DNA from: Vulcanimicrobiaceae bacterium
GTDB lineage: Bacteria > Vulcanimicrobiota > Vulcanimicrobiia > Vulcanimicrobiales > Vulcanimicrobiaceae
Length of the DNA: 56,253 bases
NCBI GenBank assembly: GCA_039923715.1
Contig: JBDTCF010000026.1
Coordinates: 1-56,253 of the forward strand
Direction of reading: 5' to 3'
Of the stretch, positions 36,908-46,007 are shown piece by piece. The notes beneath the pieces are model-generated. The model was not told where the DNA came from. It did no database searches and saw only the letters and a program-made list of their open reading frames with translations. Position 1 is the first letter of the stretch. Each line of letters starts with the position of its first letter. A program made the translations under genes and the position numbers.

Positions 36908-37750
36908 TCAATCGGCGACCAACGCCTGGAACCATCGCTCGACGAGATCGCAGGTCATCCCATAGTCTCCGAGCCTAAGCTCTGCTACGGCCACACCGGC
37001 GCGCGTTAACTCATCGCCGTCGAGATCGTCGTCGAGCACGAACGGAGCCGCGCGCTCGAGCGAGGGGAACTCGGAGAGGTGGCCGTCGAGTTTTAGGACG
37101 GCACGAAGGCGGCCACCCTCCGCCCACGAGTCGGTCGAACGAACGAGCGTGGGATCGACCGCGCAGAACGCGATGTCGCGCGGCGTCGAATACCACGGCG
37201 AGGTTTCGACGGCGCGCCGATAGGTCATCGGAAGTTCCTCCGTGAGGGACATCGTGACGTAGAGGAGCTTTCGCATCGCGGCGACCTCAAGCGTCTTGCG
37301 GTTGACGAGCGCATAGTCGCCGCCCAACAGCCGCCAGCCTCGCGAGTGCAGATGGGCGCTCAACACAACGCCGGACTCCCAGTCGTCGCCGATGAATGCG
37401 AGCGCGTGTCCGTCGCGCTCGACGACGGCCGCGCGCCAGGCGCAAAGGTGTGCCGCCGCCGCGACGTCGGCAACCAACGACGAGACGATGGCGCCGGCAA
37501 CCCGCGGGAGGGCGCTCGTCGCGCTGAGTACCTTGACGCTTCGCTGGCAGCTGCCGTTGATGCGCCAGACGAATTCGTCGCTCTCGACGTTGATTGAAAC
37601 TCGAATCGGCGAAGTCGCTGACGACGTGCGGGCCGGCGCGAGCGTCTGGTTCAGAATCGCCAGTACGGAACGCGGGGCCCGAATCGTCGCATCGACTCCG
37701 GCGATGCTCACGCACAAGCAATCGGCTCCGGCCGGATCGAGCGTTTGCAC
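36908..37750 (-). CDS. hypothetical protein; weak HprK/PEPCK-like kinase-fold resemblance with a degenerate P-loop
   Basis: AFIGDDWESGVVLSAHLHSRGWRLLGGDYALV resembles, by eye, the G-x-S-G-x-G-K-S...L...GxxLvsDD segment of HprK-related kinases but lacks the Lys and Ser. The GTG start at 37750 shares 1 nt with the upstream TAG. The alternative start is at 37831. Confidence 0.55.
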   Translation of the reverse strand: MQTLDPAGADCLCVSIAGVDATIRAPRSVLAILNQTLAPARTSSATSPIRVSINVESDEFVWRINGSCQRSVKVLSATSALPRVAGAIVSSLVADVAAAAHLCAWRAAVVERDGHALAFIGDDWESGVVLSAHLHSRGWRLLGGDYALVNRKTLEVAAMRKLLYVTMSLTEELPMTYRRAVETSPWYSTPRDIAFCAVDPTLVRSTDSWAEGGRLRAVLKLDGHLSEFPSLERAAPFVLDDDLDGDELTRAGVAVAELRLGDYGMTCDLVERWFQALVAD

Positions 37751-38724
37751 TAAGCGAACACCAAGCGCGCTTCGCGGACCCAGTTGTAAGTGGCTCGCAA
37801 GCCGTCCGCGAGCCCGGTCGAGGGAGACCATCCGAGACTCGCCGCTCGCGTTAAGTCCGGACGTCGTCGGCGTGGATCGTCCAAGCGTGCCGGCAGGTGC
37901 GCAAACGGGGCGTTCGTCATCCCGGCGATGCCGACGAGCGTACGCGCAATCTCTTCGACACTGCGCTCGTCGTCGCTTCCGACGTCGATGGGAGCGAGCG
38001 CGCGGGCCACGGATTCCATCGCGAGCACGATGAGTTCTACCGCGTCGTCGACGTAAAGAAGCGAGCGTCGTTGGCGGCCGTTGCCGTGGATTGGCAGAGG
38101 ATTCCCTTCGAGCAGCGCGTCGATGAGGGCGGGCACTAGGCCGTCGCCATCTCGGTCTATGCCCGGTCCATAACAGTTAAAGAGACGTGCGATGCGCCCG
38201 TCGAGAGCGCGCGACCGGACCGCCGCCGCGACCGCCGCTTCGCCGAAGCGCTTGCCTTCGTCGTAGGCGCTGCGCGGCCCGAGTGCCGCCACGTTACCGC
38301 CGTCGCTCTCAGTTTGTGGATGGACCAATGGATCTGCGTAGACCGCGGCCGACGAAGCAAACAGGAAGCGCGCTCCATGCTCGAGCGCCAACTCGATCAG
38401 CGACATCGTCGCCAGGCCGTTGACGGCGAGCGTTCCCCACGGATCGTTCCGGTACGCTTGTGGACCACCCGGCGAGGCGAGGTGGTAGATGCGGTCGATC
38501 TTCGCCTTCGTTGCATTGGCGACGATCTCGGCCAGCCGGGGGTAGGGGACGGCGACGTCCGCATACACGAACGTGGCGCGTCCCGACGAGAGCCCGTGCT
38601 CGAGGTTTCTCACGTGACCGGTTGAGACGTTGTCTACGACGATCGCTCGGTCGCCGCGGTCGACGAGTGCGTCGACCAGGTGACTGCCGAGGAAGCCGGC
38701 GCCGCCCGTAATGAGGTTCAACAT
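37750..38724 (-). CDS. NAD-dependent epimerase/dehydratase (UDP-glucuronate decarboxylase-like extended SDR)
   Basis: The start MLNLITGGAGFLGSHLV carries the Rossmann motif GxxGxxG. The catalytic YxxxK is in SAYDEGKRF. The upstream 58 codons of the track ORF were rejected. Confidence 0.9.
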   Translation of the reverse strand: MLNLITGGAGFLGSHLVDALVDRGDRAIVVDNVSTGHVRNLEHGLSSGRATFVYADVAVPYPRLAEIVANATKAKIDRIYHLASPGGPQAYRNDPWGTLAVNGLATMSLIELALEHGARFLFASSAAVYADPLVHPQTESDGGNVAALGPRSAYDEGKRFGEAAVAAAVRSRALDGRIARLFNCYGPGIDRDGDGLVPALIDALLEGNPLPIHGNGRQRRSLLYVDDAVELIVLAMESVARALAPIDVGSDDERSVEEIARTLVGIAGMTNAPFAHLPARLDDPRRRRPDLTRAASLGWSPSTGLADGLRATYNWVREARLVFA

Positions 38725-38737
38725 TCGATCGAACGTG

Positions 38738-39388
38738 CTATTGCGCGAGTGATTCGGCCGGCAAAGCATACGACCGCGCGTGCTTTGCTTCGGAGAGACG
38801 GAGTCGCTCGCGTCCGGCAACACGTTCGCCCGGCCGGAGCCGCTCGAAACGTGCGATGGTGTCGGCATCGGCGGCGACAATTCCGACGACGCGCCCACCG
38901 GATTGCTCGATCGTCCGGATCGTCAGCTGGTCTTCGTCGGACGGGGCCCGCCCGATGCGCACCGTTAAGAGGACGCCGTCGACCGAGTGGGCCAGCGCCA
39001 TCGCGGCGTTGCTGCTCAAGAACGTTCCCGCATCGACGATCGTGAAGTCGTACTTGGCGCGCATTTCTTGGACGAACGTCGCGAGGCGATCGCGGCCGAT
39101 GACGCTGCCATCTTCGCGGGACAGTTCGGCCGTCGTACCCTCGCCGACTTCCTTTCCCCGTCCCGTCAGTGAGACGAGAGCTGCGCGGTGGCCAGACTTC
39201 ATGAGGCTGCTGGCCAGCGAATGCGCCGTCAGACTCTTCCCGTCGCCGTCGAGCGCCGAGGTGACCATGACCACGGCGGGCATCTCGAACTCGGCTTCGA
39301 CGCGCGAGCGGAGCAGGTGCACTTGATGGTTCAAGGGGGTCTCGCTCGTTTCGATCCCCTGAAGATCGATGTCAATCGGCTCGTTCAT
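38738..39388 (-). CDS. CpsD/CapB-type (BY-kinase-like) P-loop ATPase, no C-terminal Tyr cluster
   Basis: The start has an ATGA overlap with the Wzz stop. Walker A is in VMVTSALDGDGKS and the Walker B-like motif is DFTIVDAG. The C-terminal 40 aa contain a single Tyr. Confidence 0.8.
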   Translation of the reverse strand: MNEPIDIDLQGIETSETPLNHQVHLLRSRVEAEFEMPAVVMVTSALDGDGKSLTAHSLASSLMKSGHRAALVSLTGRGKEVGEGTTAELSREDGSVIGRDRLATFVQEMRAKYDFTIVDAGTFLSSNAAMALAHSVDGVLLTVRIGRAPSDEDQLTIRTIEQSGGRVVGIVAADADTIARFERLRPGERVAGRERLRLSEAKHARSYALPAESLAQ

Positions 39389-40731
39389 AGATACTTCCCT
39401 AACGTGGCGATCACGGGCTTGCCGTAGAGGCTCTCGATGTGAGCGGCGCGGCGTAGATGAGGGTTGAGTTGGTCGATCAAGAACGCGCACGCAAGCGCAA
39501 GGAGCAGGCTCAGGAGCGCGAAGATCGCGCCAAGGCGAAGTGGCCCGACACCGGCCTGCGCCTCCGAACCGACTGCCCGATTGATGACTACGACGGAACC
39601 GAGCGACAGCGCGTCGCCGCGGTCGAGCAGCGTTGCCGCGCGATGCGCCGCGATCGTTCCGTATTGCGTCATGGCCGCGTCGCGCTCGAGGCGAAGCAGC
39701 GCCAGTGGCGCGGAGCCGTCCAACTGATGGCTACGGCGTACGATCTCACCATCGAGCGCGGCGACCTTCGCGCGATCCCCCGCCACGACGGCCGCGGCCT
39801 TACGTCGCTCGACGACCCCTGCGGCGACGGTCGGACTAAACGCATGCGGCGACGAAAGCGCCCGACTCGCTTGCCGGGATGCCTCGGATTTGAGACTCCG
39901 CACTTTGGCCGCGAGCGCCGGCAATCCGGGATAGCGGGGCGTGAACTGAGCGCGTACGGCCGCAAGCTCCGCCGAGCTGCTCGTCGCCTGTCTGAGCAAA
40001 TCGATGTACAACGGATCCGATTGCAGGATGTCGCGTCGCGCCTGCTCGGAACGGCTACGCCCGTCGACCTCGAGCGCACTCGCCTGGGCCGCGTCCGCCT
40101 GTAGGTCGGCGCTCGCGAGCGCCCGCTGCGTACGCAGCGCATTCACTTGGTCGACCAGGGAGTCTTGGCCCTTGTCGTCGGTCGGCGTCGACCCGGCGCC
40201 GACTCGCGCGTTGAGCTGGACGTTGAGTCGCTCGATACGCCCCTTTTGCTTCACGAGTTCGGAATCGAGCGCGCTCAGGTCGTCGTCGTAGCGCGCCGTC
40301 GAGAGCTGCCTGTAGTACAGCGCCAACTCGTCGGCCACGCCGTTGGCGATGGTTGCGGCTCGCTCGCGGCTGGGGTCCGAGTAGTCAATTCGCATGATGC
40401 CCGATTTGTAGGCCGGCGGTTTCGCGCTGAGGTTTTTCTTCAGCGTGAGTAACGGGACGTCGAGCCCGAGGTGCTTCTCCACGCGGGCAAGGACGCCGGT
40501 GCTCGTCACGAGAGTGGGAAGATCGGGTGACGACAACGTGGGATCGTTGCGCGTGTTGCCATTGACGATCAGGACGTTCGCGCTAGCGCGGTAGATTCGC
40601 GGCATCATCGTAATGAGAGCGACCGATCCGAGCATGAGAACCGCGAACGTCGCTACGACGGGCAGTCGATGCCGCCAGACGATACTACAAGCGTTCTTGA
40701 GGTGGTCGGCCGTAGATTGAACGTGCGTCAT
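39385..40731 (-). CDS. polysaccharide chain-length determinant / co-polymerase (Wzz/GumC family)
   Basis: An N-terminal TM (PVVATFAVLMLGSVALI), a long coiled-coil periplasmic region and a C-terminal TM (LGAIFALLSLLLALACAFLI). The Wzz-type motif is PRIYRASANVLI. Confidence 0.85.
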   Translation of the reverse strand: MTHVQSTADHLKNACSIVWRHRLPVVATFAVLMLGSVALITMMPRIYRASANVLIVNGNTRNDPTLSSPDLPTLVTSTGVLARVEKHLGLDVPLLTLKKNLSAKPPAYKSGIMRIDYSDPSRERAATIANGVADELALYYRQLSTARYDDDLSALDSELVKQKGRIERLNVQLNARVGAGSTPTDDKGQDSLVDQVNALRTQRALASADLQADAAQASALEVDGRSRSEQARRDILQSDPLYIDLLRQATSSSAELAAVRAQFTPRYPGLPALAAKVRSLKSEASRQASRALSSPHAFSPTVAAGVVERRKAAAVVAGDRAKVAALDGEIVRRSHQLDGSAPLALLRLERDAAMTQYGTIAAHRAATLLDRGDALSLGSVVVINRAVGSEAQAGVGPLRLGAIFALLSLLLALACAFLIDQLNPHLRRAAHIESLYGKPVIATLGKYL

Positions 40732-40745
40732 GTGCTTATCCCCGT

Positions 40746-42062
40746 TTACAGTGCTGCAGCGTACGAGAGTCGAGGTTTAGGCGGCATAGCCGTTCGGCCG
40801 ATGCCGCGGTAGGTGAGGCCGGCCGAAGCGACGCGCCGTGCGTCGAGGACGTTGCAGCCGTCGACAACGACGCGCCGGCGCAGAGCGTGCGCGAACGATG
40901 AAGGGTCGATCGCGCTGAACTCGGGCCAATCGGTGAGCACCACAAGAGCGTCGGCGTTGGCGGCCTCGAGCGCCGAGCGAACGAGCCGGCTGCCGGGCGG
41001 AAGGGGCGCGACGTGGACCGCGGGATCGTAGGCGGTCATCGCAGCACCACGGGCGGCAAGCTGATCGATGATGCGTAGCGCCAGCGAGGTTCGGATGTCG
41101 TCCGTGCCCGCCTTGAACGCAAGCCCCCATACCCCGACCCTCGCCCCTTCGAGCGAGCCCAACTCGCGCTCCAGCACCTCGATGACGCGCATCGGCTGGC
41201 GCTCGTTGGCGCGCAACGTCGCTGAAAACAGTTCCCGGCTGGATTCCAGCTCCGTTGCGACGTGACGCATGCTTTTCACGTCTTTTTCGAAGCACGGGCC
41301 GCCAAAGCCGATACCAGGCCTCAAGAACTCCGAGCCGATGCGAGGATCGTAGCCCATCCCGCGCAACACGTCGTCCGAGTTGGCCCCCAACGCATCGCAC
41401 AGATTGGCGACCTCGTTCGCGTAGGTGATTTTCATCGCCAAGAACGCGTTCGAGCAACCCTTGACCAGTTCGGCGTTGCACAGAGACGTGAAGACCACGG
41501 GCCTTTGCAAGGCTTCGAACAGCCGGACGTAAGGTACGGCGATGGAAGCGTTAGGAGCGCCGACGATGATCCGGGCAGGCGCGAGAAAATCGAGCACGGC
41601 CGATCCCTCGCGCAAGAACTCAGGCGCGTAGGCGAGTTCCCCCCAGCCTTCCACGGTGGGCGCGAGGCGGTCGCACGTTCCCGGAGGGACGGTCGAGCGC
41701 ACCACGATCGTCGGCCAGGTCGAGAACCGGACGTTCGAGAGGTCCGCCAAGACGGACTCGAGCGCTCTGAGATCGGCGGACCCATCGTCCTGGGAGGGGG
41801 TCCCCACGGTGACGATCACAATTTCCGAGTCGCGAACGGCTGCTTCCAGCGAATCGAAAAAGTGCATCCGCCCCCGCGCGACATGCTTCTGAAGGGCCTC
41901 CTGAAGACCGGTTTCGCGATAGGGCGGCGAACCCAGACGGAGTCGCGCGATGCGCTCCGCCGCGATGTCGTAACCATGTACCGTCCAACCCAACTCCGCA
42001 AGCCCGATCATGGACGCCATGCCGACATAGCCGGTTCCAATAATGCAAATAGGTGCATCCAC
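40746..42062 (-). CDS. UDP-glucose/GDP-mannose dehydrogenase-family nucleotide-sugar dehydrogenase
   Basis: GTG start (VDAPICIIGTGYVGM, Rossmann motif). The catalytic Cys context is GIGFGGPCFEKDV. The C-terminal UDP-binding domain is present. The upstream 67 codons of the track ORF were rejected. Confidence 0.9.
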   Translation of the reverse strand: MDAPICIIGTGYVGMASMIGLAELGWTVHGYDIAAERIARLRLGSPPYRETGLQEALQKHVARGRMHFFDSLEAAVRDSEIVIVTVGTPSQDDGSADLRALESVLADLSNVRFSTWPTIVVRSTVPPGTCDRLAPTVEGWGELAYAPEFLREGSAVLDFLAPARIIVGAPNASIAVPYVRLFEALQRPVVFTSLCNAELVKGCSNAFLAMKITYANEVANLCDALGANSDDVLRGMGYDPRIGSEFLRPGIGFGGPCFEKDVKSMRHVATELESSRELFSATLRANERQPMRVIEVLERELGSLEGARVGVWGLAFKAGTDDIRTSLALRIIDQLAARGAAMTAYDPAVHVAPLPPGSRLVRSALEAANADALVVLTDWPEFSAIDPSSFAHALRRRVVVDGCNVLDARRVASAGLTYRGIGRTAMPPKPRLSYAAAL

Positions 42063-42064
42063 GC

Positions 42065-42700
42065 TTAGTACGCTCCCCGTTGGAATACGACGGAAAAGAA
42101 CGTCTGCACCAAAAGCGCACCGTCCAGCGCCGGCGACGCCCGTCGAATGTAGTCGATGTCGAGAGCGGTCGCCTCGGGACGATCCAGCGGGATTTGCGAC
42201 CGGCACGTCGCCTGCCAAATACAGGTGATTCCCGGCCGCACCAAGTGTCGCAGATGCTGCCAACGTTGGTAGTCGCCGATGACGAGCGGCATCTCCGGGC
42301 GCGGACCGATAAGCGACATGTCACCGCGCAAGACGTTGAAGAGTTGCGGCAACTCATCGATCGACGTTTTGCGGAGAAAACGGCCCACGTACGTAATCCG
42401 CGGGTCGGCCCCGTGGGTCGGCGAGCGACGATCTTGGCACTCGGTCTTGCGCATCGTGCGGACTTTATAGAGCGTGAACGTCCGCTCGAAGCGGCCGGCA
42501 CGCCGTTGACTGAACAAGGCGGGGCTGCCGTCTTCCAACCAGGTCAACAGGCATGCTGCGGCGATGATCGGCAACGCGAAGAGGAGCAGAATTGCGGCCA
42601 CGCTGACGTCCATCAGGCGCCGCGCGCGTGAGGCGGTCCGGTTGGGCCGGTACACGAGCGCCGCGTTCGCAGCCGGGAGCGTCGCTACTTGAGCAGCCAC
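42065..42700 (-). CDS. undecaprenyl-phosphate sugar-phosphate transferase (bacterial sugar transferase family, initiating enzyme)
   Basis: One TM, then ALFSQRRAGRFERTFTLYKVRTM, IDELPQLFNVLRGDMSLIGPRP, typical of WbaP/EpsL-type C-terminal domains. Confidence 0.9.
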   Translation of the reverse strand: MAAQVATLPAANAALVYRPNRTASRARRLMDVSVAAILLLFALPIIAAACLLTWLEDGSPALFSQRRAGRFERTFTLYKVRTMRKTECQDRRSPTHGADPRITYVGRFLRKTSIDELPQLFNVLRGDMSLIGPRPEMPLVIGDYQRWQHLRHLVRPGITCIWQATCRSQIPLDRPEATALDIDYIRRASPALDGALLVQTFFSVVFQRGAY

Positions 42701-43824
42701 AGCGCCCCGACCCCGCTGAGGATCGTCTGGAATATTCCTTTTGCGTCGACCTTGCGCCCCTCAGGAACAAAGACCACGTCGCCGTCCTTTAACTGCGGAT
42801 TCTGAGAGGTGTCTCCGCGCACGAGGCTACCGACGTCGTACGTCGTCTTCGTGTCGTTGCCGAGCACCTGTACCTTGGCCAGATCGGCCCACTTCGTCGG
42901 ACCTCCGGCGGCGTACAGTGCGCTCAGGAGCGAGAAGTTGGTCTTGAGCGTCACGGCGCCCGGTTTGTCGACGAGCCCGGCTACGACGATGCGCGGCGCT
43001 GCGGGGACGGTTACGGCATCACTCGGCTCGGCGGGTTGTTGGAAGACCGGATCGCCAAGCGCGACGAGTTGGATGGTGCCGCCGCGCACTAGCGCGATGT
43101 GCGAGGTCGCGGCCGAAATCGAGAGGCCGCCAACCTGCGTGAACGCGTCGGAGAGCGCTTCGTCGCTCCAGAGATATGCGCTCCCGGGCGTTCTGACTTC
43201 ACCGCTAACGCGCACCGCAATCGGCTTGTCGACGAGCACGACGGTGTCGCCGGGATGCAGCGTCGGCCCGCTGCCGCCGCCGGCCGAGAGCGCGGTAAGA
43301 TCGAAGGTCCCAAGCGTCTTGCCGTCGCGCATGACGCCGACGCGCCGCAGATCGATCCGGGAGGTCATGGTGGCGCCCAGTTGGGTGTCGGCGCGCACCG
43401 CGCCGTCGCTCGAAGCACTCGCGTCGCGACCGTTCACGGGCAAGTCGGCGAGCGCCGAGGCGAGGGTTTCACCGGGCTGAAACTTCAGAATTCCGCCCGG
43501 TCCACCCGAAACGAAAATTCTATCCGGCTGCGCTTTCAGTTGAACGTCGACCGCCGGCTTGATGACATAGCGCGCGAGCGCCACTCGGACGCGCTCGGCC
43601 ACTTGTTGCGTATCTAAGCCGTGAACGTCGACGGTCCCGGCCAAAGGCAACGAAATGCGCTCGGCGGCATTGACGCTGAACGGCCCGGTCAACTCGGGAT
43701 GGCCGTACACCGTCACGAAAAGTTGATCTCCTGCGTGAATCGCGGGCGTCGCTGCGATTGCCGCTGAAGCAAAAAGTAGCGCACTCGCCACGAGCAGTGA
43801 CCGTAAAATCGCTTGGATTCGCAA
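42685..43824 (-). CDS. polysaccharide export protein (Wza-like: Poly_export + SLBB domains)
   Basis: Signal peptide MRIQAILRSLLVASALLFASAAIA. A Poly_export-like segment is GDQLFVTVYGHPELTGPFSVNAAERISLPLAGTVDVHGL. There are repeated SLBB-like units and a hydrophobic C-terminal helix. Confidence 0.85.
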   Translation of the reverse strand: MRIQAILRSLLVASALLFASAAIAATPAIHAGDQLFVTVYGHPELTGPFSVNAAERISLPLAGTVDVHGLDTQQVAERVRVALARYVIKPAVDVQLKAQPDRIFVSGGPGGILKFQPGETLASALADLPVNGRDASASSDGAVRADTQLGATMTSRIDLRRVGVMRDGKTLGTFDLTALSAGGGSGPTLHPGDTVVLVDKPIAVRVSGEVRTPGSAYLWSDEALSDAFTQVGGLSISAATSHIALVRGGTIQLVALGDPVFQQPAEPSDAVTVPAAPRIVVAGLVDKPGAVTLKTNFSLLSALYAAGGPTKWADLAKVQVLGNDTKTTYDVGSLVRGDTSQNPQLKDGDVVFVPEGRKVDAKGIFQTILSGVGALWLLK

Positions 43825-43952
43825 CCGGACCGCCTCCTTCGAGCGACGCGCCGTACGTGCAGCGGGGTGTCGCCTTCGACTGTAGGCTTACAGCCTAACG
43901 CGAATGCTCAAGCCTGCCAATAACCCAAACCGGGGATGCAGACGAACGCGAG

Positions 43953-45104
43953 TCAGTGTGTGAGGATTTCGTCGCTCGTCGGCCGGACGCCAAGCGCGCG
44001 AGCGGGAACGGGCGCCCGAGAAGCGGCGCCGCGGATCGCAGGACCAGGTCCGGCTCGGGTCGTGAGCGCGTGCGCTGCCGCGAAATACGCTCGCAGATAC
44101 AACCGCGCCGATTCTTCCAACGATAAACGCTCGCCAACGTACCGGCGGGGCGCGTAGCTACCTAAGTTGTTCAAGAACTGGTCGAGAGCGGGGACGAACT
44201 CTGCCGGTCTAGCGAAACGTTCGCCGCACGCCTCTGAAAAATACGGAACGGACGTCGCTTTGACGGGATTTATTCCCCAACGTTCCCGATTGGGGTCTAA
44301 CCAAAGACCTGGGTCCCAGGCCAAAATTGGTAGATCGCTGGCCATGGCCTCCTGGTAGGCCATACCCTGAGTCTCGTGCTCGCAGAGAAAAAGCATTGAG
44401 CGGCTGCGGCGTAGCAGCGCGCGGTATTCGGCATGCGTATAACGGCCGTACCGTACCAGTTCAAAACGAAGTGAGCGTCGTGTCAATTCCCCCAGGACGG
44501 GTTTGAGGAGATCCGGGACGAGGCTGCTGCGGTTCCAGCGGATTTTATCGTAGACGAGCACGTCAACGTCCTTGATCAAGTGCTTGGTCTGGGGCCATTG
44601 CCCTAAATCGATCCCGCCGAACCAAGGCCGCAAGACGTCCGAATCGTACACCGTTGCGAACTCATCTCGCATCCAGTCACACAAGGTAAGGTAGGAGTGA
44701 AAGTGGGGGCGGTCCATCAAGGTTGGGTTCTGCTTGGGGTGATCGTAGAGCCCCGGGCCAAGAACGGCCGGGTTCGTGAGATTCCAAGCATCAAGGATGT
44801 GCGGGTAGCCGCAAACTCCGACTGGATAGTCGGGATGGCGCCGGGCTAAGCCATAGTTATTCACGTGGACCGTTTGGTTTGAGCGCCTCAGCGCTCGGCA
44901 GAGGAGCAGAAACGACATCTCGAAGCCGGAAACACGCGACTTGTGCGGGCGGAAGGGCGCCGCTACTTTGCGCAAGCCACGTCGAAGTCGACGATCGCCG
45001 ATCATGAACGTATCACGATCGCGGTCCTCAAAAAAAAGGAGAACGTCGCGACCGAGTAAGAGTCCCGCACGCCGCTTTTTGTCCACGCTAGCCCTTCGAT
45101 TCAC
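43953..45104 (-). CDS. glycosyltransferase, GT-B (GT1/GT4-like)
   Basis: The GTG start has a GTGA overlap with the upstream stop. LFLCEHETQGMAYQEAMASDLPILAW matches the E-x7-E region of GT4 enzymes. GC is lower than in the flanks. Confidence 0.7.
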   Translation of the reverse strand: MNRRASVDKKRRAGLLLGRDVLLFFEDRDRDTFMIGDRRLRRGLRKVAAPFRPHKSRVSGFEMSFLLLCRALRRSNQTVHVNNYGLARRHPDYPVGVCGYPHILDAWNLTNPAVLGPGLYDHPKQNPTLMDRPHFHSYLTLCDWMRDEFATVYDSDVLRPWFGGIDLGQWPQTKHLIKDVDVLVYDKIRWNRSSLVPDLLKPVLGELTRRSLRFELVRYGRYTHAEYRALLRRSRSMLFLCEHETQGMAYQEAMASDLPILAWDPGLWLDPNRERWGINPVKATSVPYFSEACGERFARPAEFVPALDQFLNNLGSYAPRRYVGERLSLEESARLYLRAYFAAAHALTTRAGPGPAIRGAASRAPVPARALGVRPTSDEILTH

Positions 45105-45985
45105 GAGCTAGCGGCGAGACGCATGGCGAGCTGCGTCGCCGCCTCGGTGACTTCAGGCGAAGTTCCGGTATAGCCGGCGATCGAGAACGCGACGTCTTCT
45201 GCGCGCATGGACCGCGTGAATTCTTCGACTTTCGATTTCGAGAGCGGTCCCGGGCCCCAATACGTGTGACACCAGGAACGCTCGTCGGTCCACACGCCCG
45301 CCGCCTCAGCTCCAATCACCTTATCGACGTAGAGTCCATACACGAGCTGCTCGCCGACCGAACGCGCACGGGTGAATGCCACGTGCCATGGTCGTCCGGT
45401 GATCCGCTCGATCCGCTCGAGCGCTCCTAGAACAATCTCGCGATCCCAGCTGATGACGTTTCCGACGTAGTCGTCCATCGGCAGCTCGTCCGCCTTGACG
45501 CCCAAAAGCCGGCAGACGTTGCGGTGCCACTTGACGTGCGGCATCCCCGCCCTCACCCCGCCAGGCAGGCGGTACATTCTCGTGCGTCCGTCACGGACAA
45601 ATAACGCCCGATCGACGCGGCGTACGAAGCGCACGTCAGAATCGACGTTGACCAGGAGAGATTCCTTTGCGAGGGTCGGCGCACTCAGCTTGACGATTTG
45701 CTGAACGAGCCAACCCTTCGCCGGCACCATTGCCGGCATTGCAAACCACCACTTCTTAGAGAATCGAAGCTTGACGTAGCCCTTCGGAATGACGTCTTCG
45801 ACTGCGACGACGACGGTCCGACTGTTCTGAAGTCCTTGAAAGAGCTTCAGGTCGCAGGCGTCGACGATGATGTAGTGCTTCGCTTCGGGGGTCGCAAATG
45901 TAAGGATGCTTTCATTGAGGTCCCGACACGACTCGAGATCTCGTGAAAAACTCGGCGTGATAAAGGCGATGCCTTGTTCGTTCAA
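45101..45985 (-). CDS. hypothetical protein, possibly a nucleotide-diphospho-sugar transferase-like (GT-A-like) enzyme
   Basis: The TTG start lies 8 nt after GGAG and 22 nt after the NRPS stop. IAFITPSFSRD and a DxD-like VDSD are present. GC is lower than in the flanks. I am not confident of the family. Confidence 0.6.
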   Translation of the reverse strand: MNEQGIAFITPSFSRDLESCRDLNESILTFATPEAKHYIIVDACDLKLFQGLQNSRTVVVAVEDVIPKGYVKLRFSKKWWFAMPAMVPAKGWLVQQIVKLSAPTLAKESLLVNVDSDVRFVRRVDRALFVRDGRTRMYRLPGGVRAGMPHVKWHRNVCRLLGVKADELPMDDYVGNVISWDREIVLGALERIERITGRPWHVAFTRARSVGEQLVYGLYVDKVIGAEAAGVWTDERSWCHTYWGPGPLSKSKVEEFTRSMRAEDVAFSIAGYTGTSPEVTEAATQLAMRLAASS

Positions 45986-46007
45986 AGGAATGACTCCACT
46001 ATCTCCT

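Noticed and set aside
43883-43897. A small palindrome, TAGGCT-TAC-AGCCTA, lies in the 128-nt gap between the glycosyltransferase and the Wza-like gene.
   Set aside because: It has only a 6-bp stem with a 3-nt loop and no U-tract, which is too weak to call a terminator or operator.
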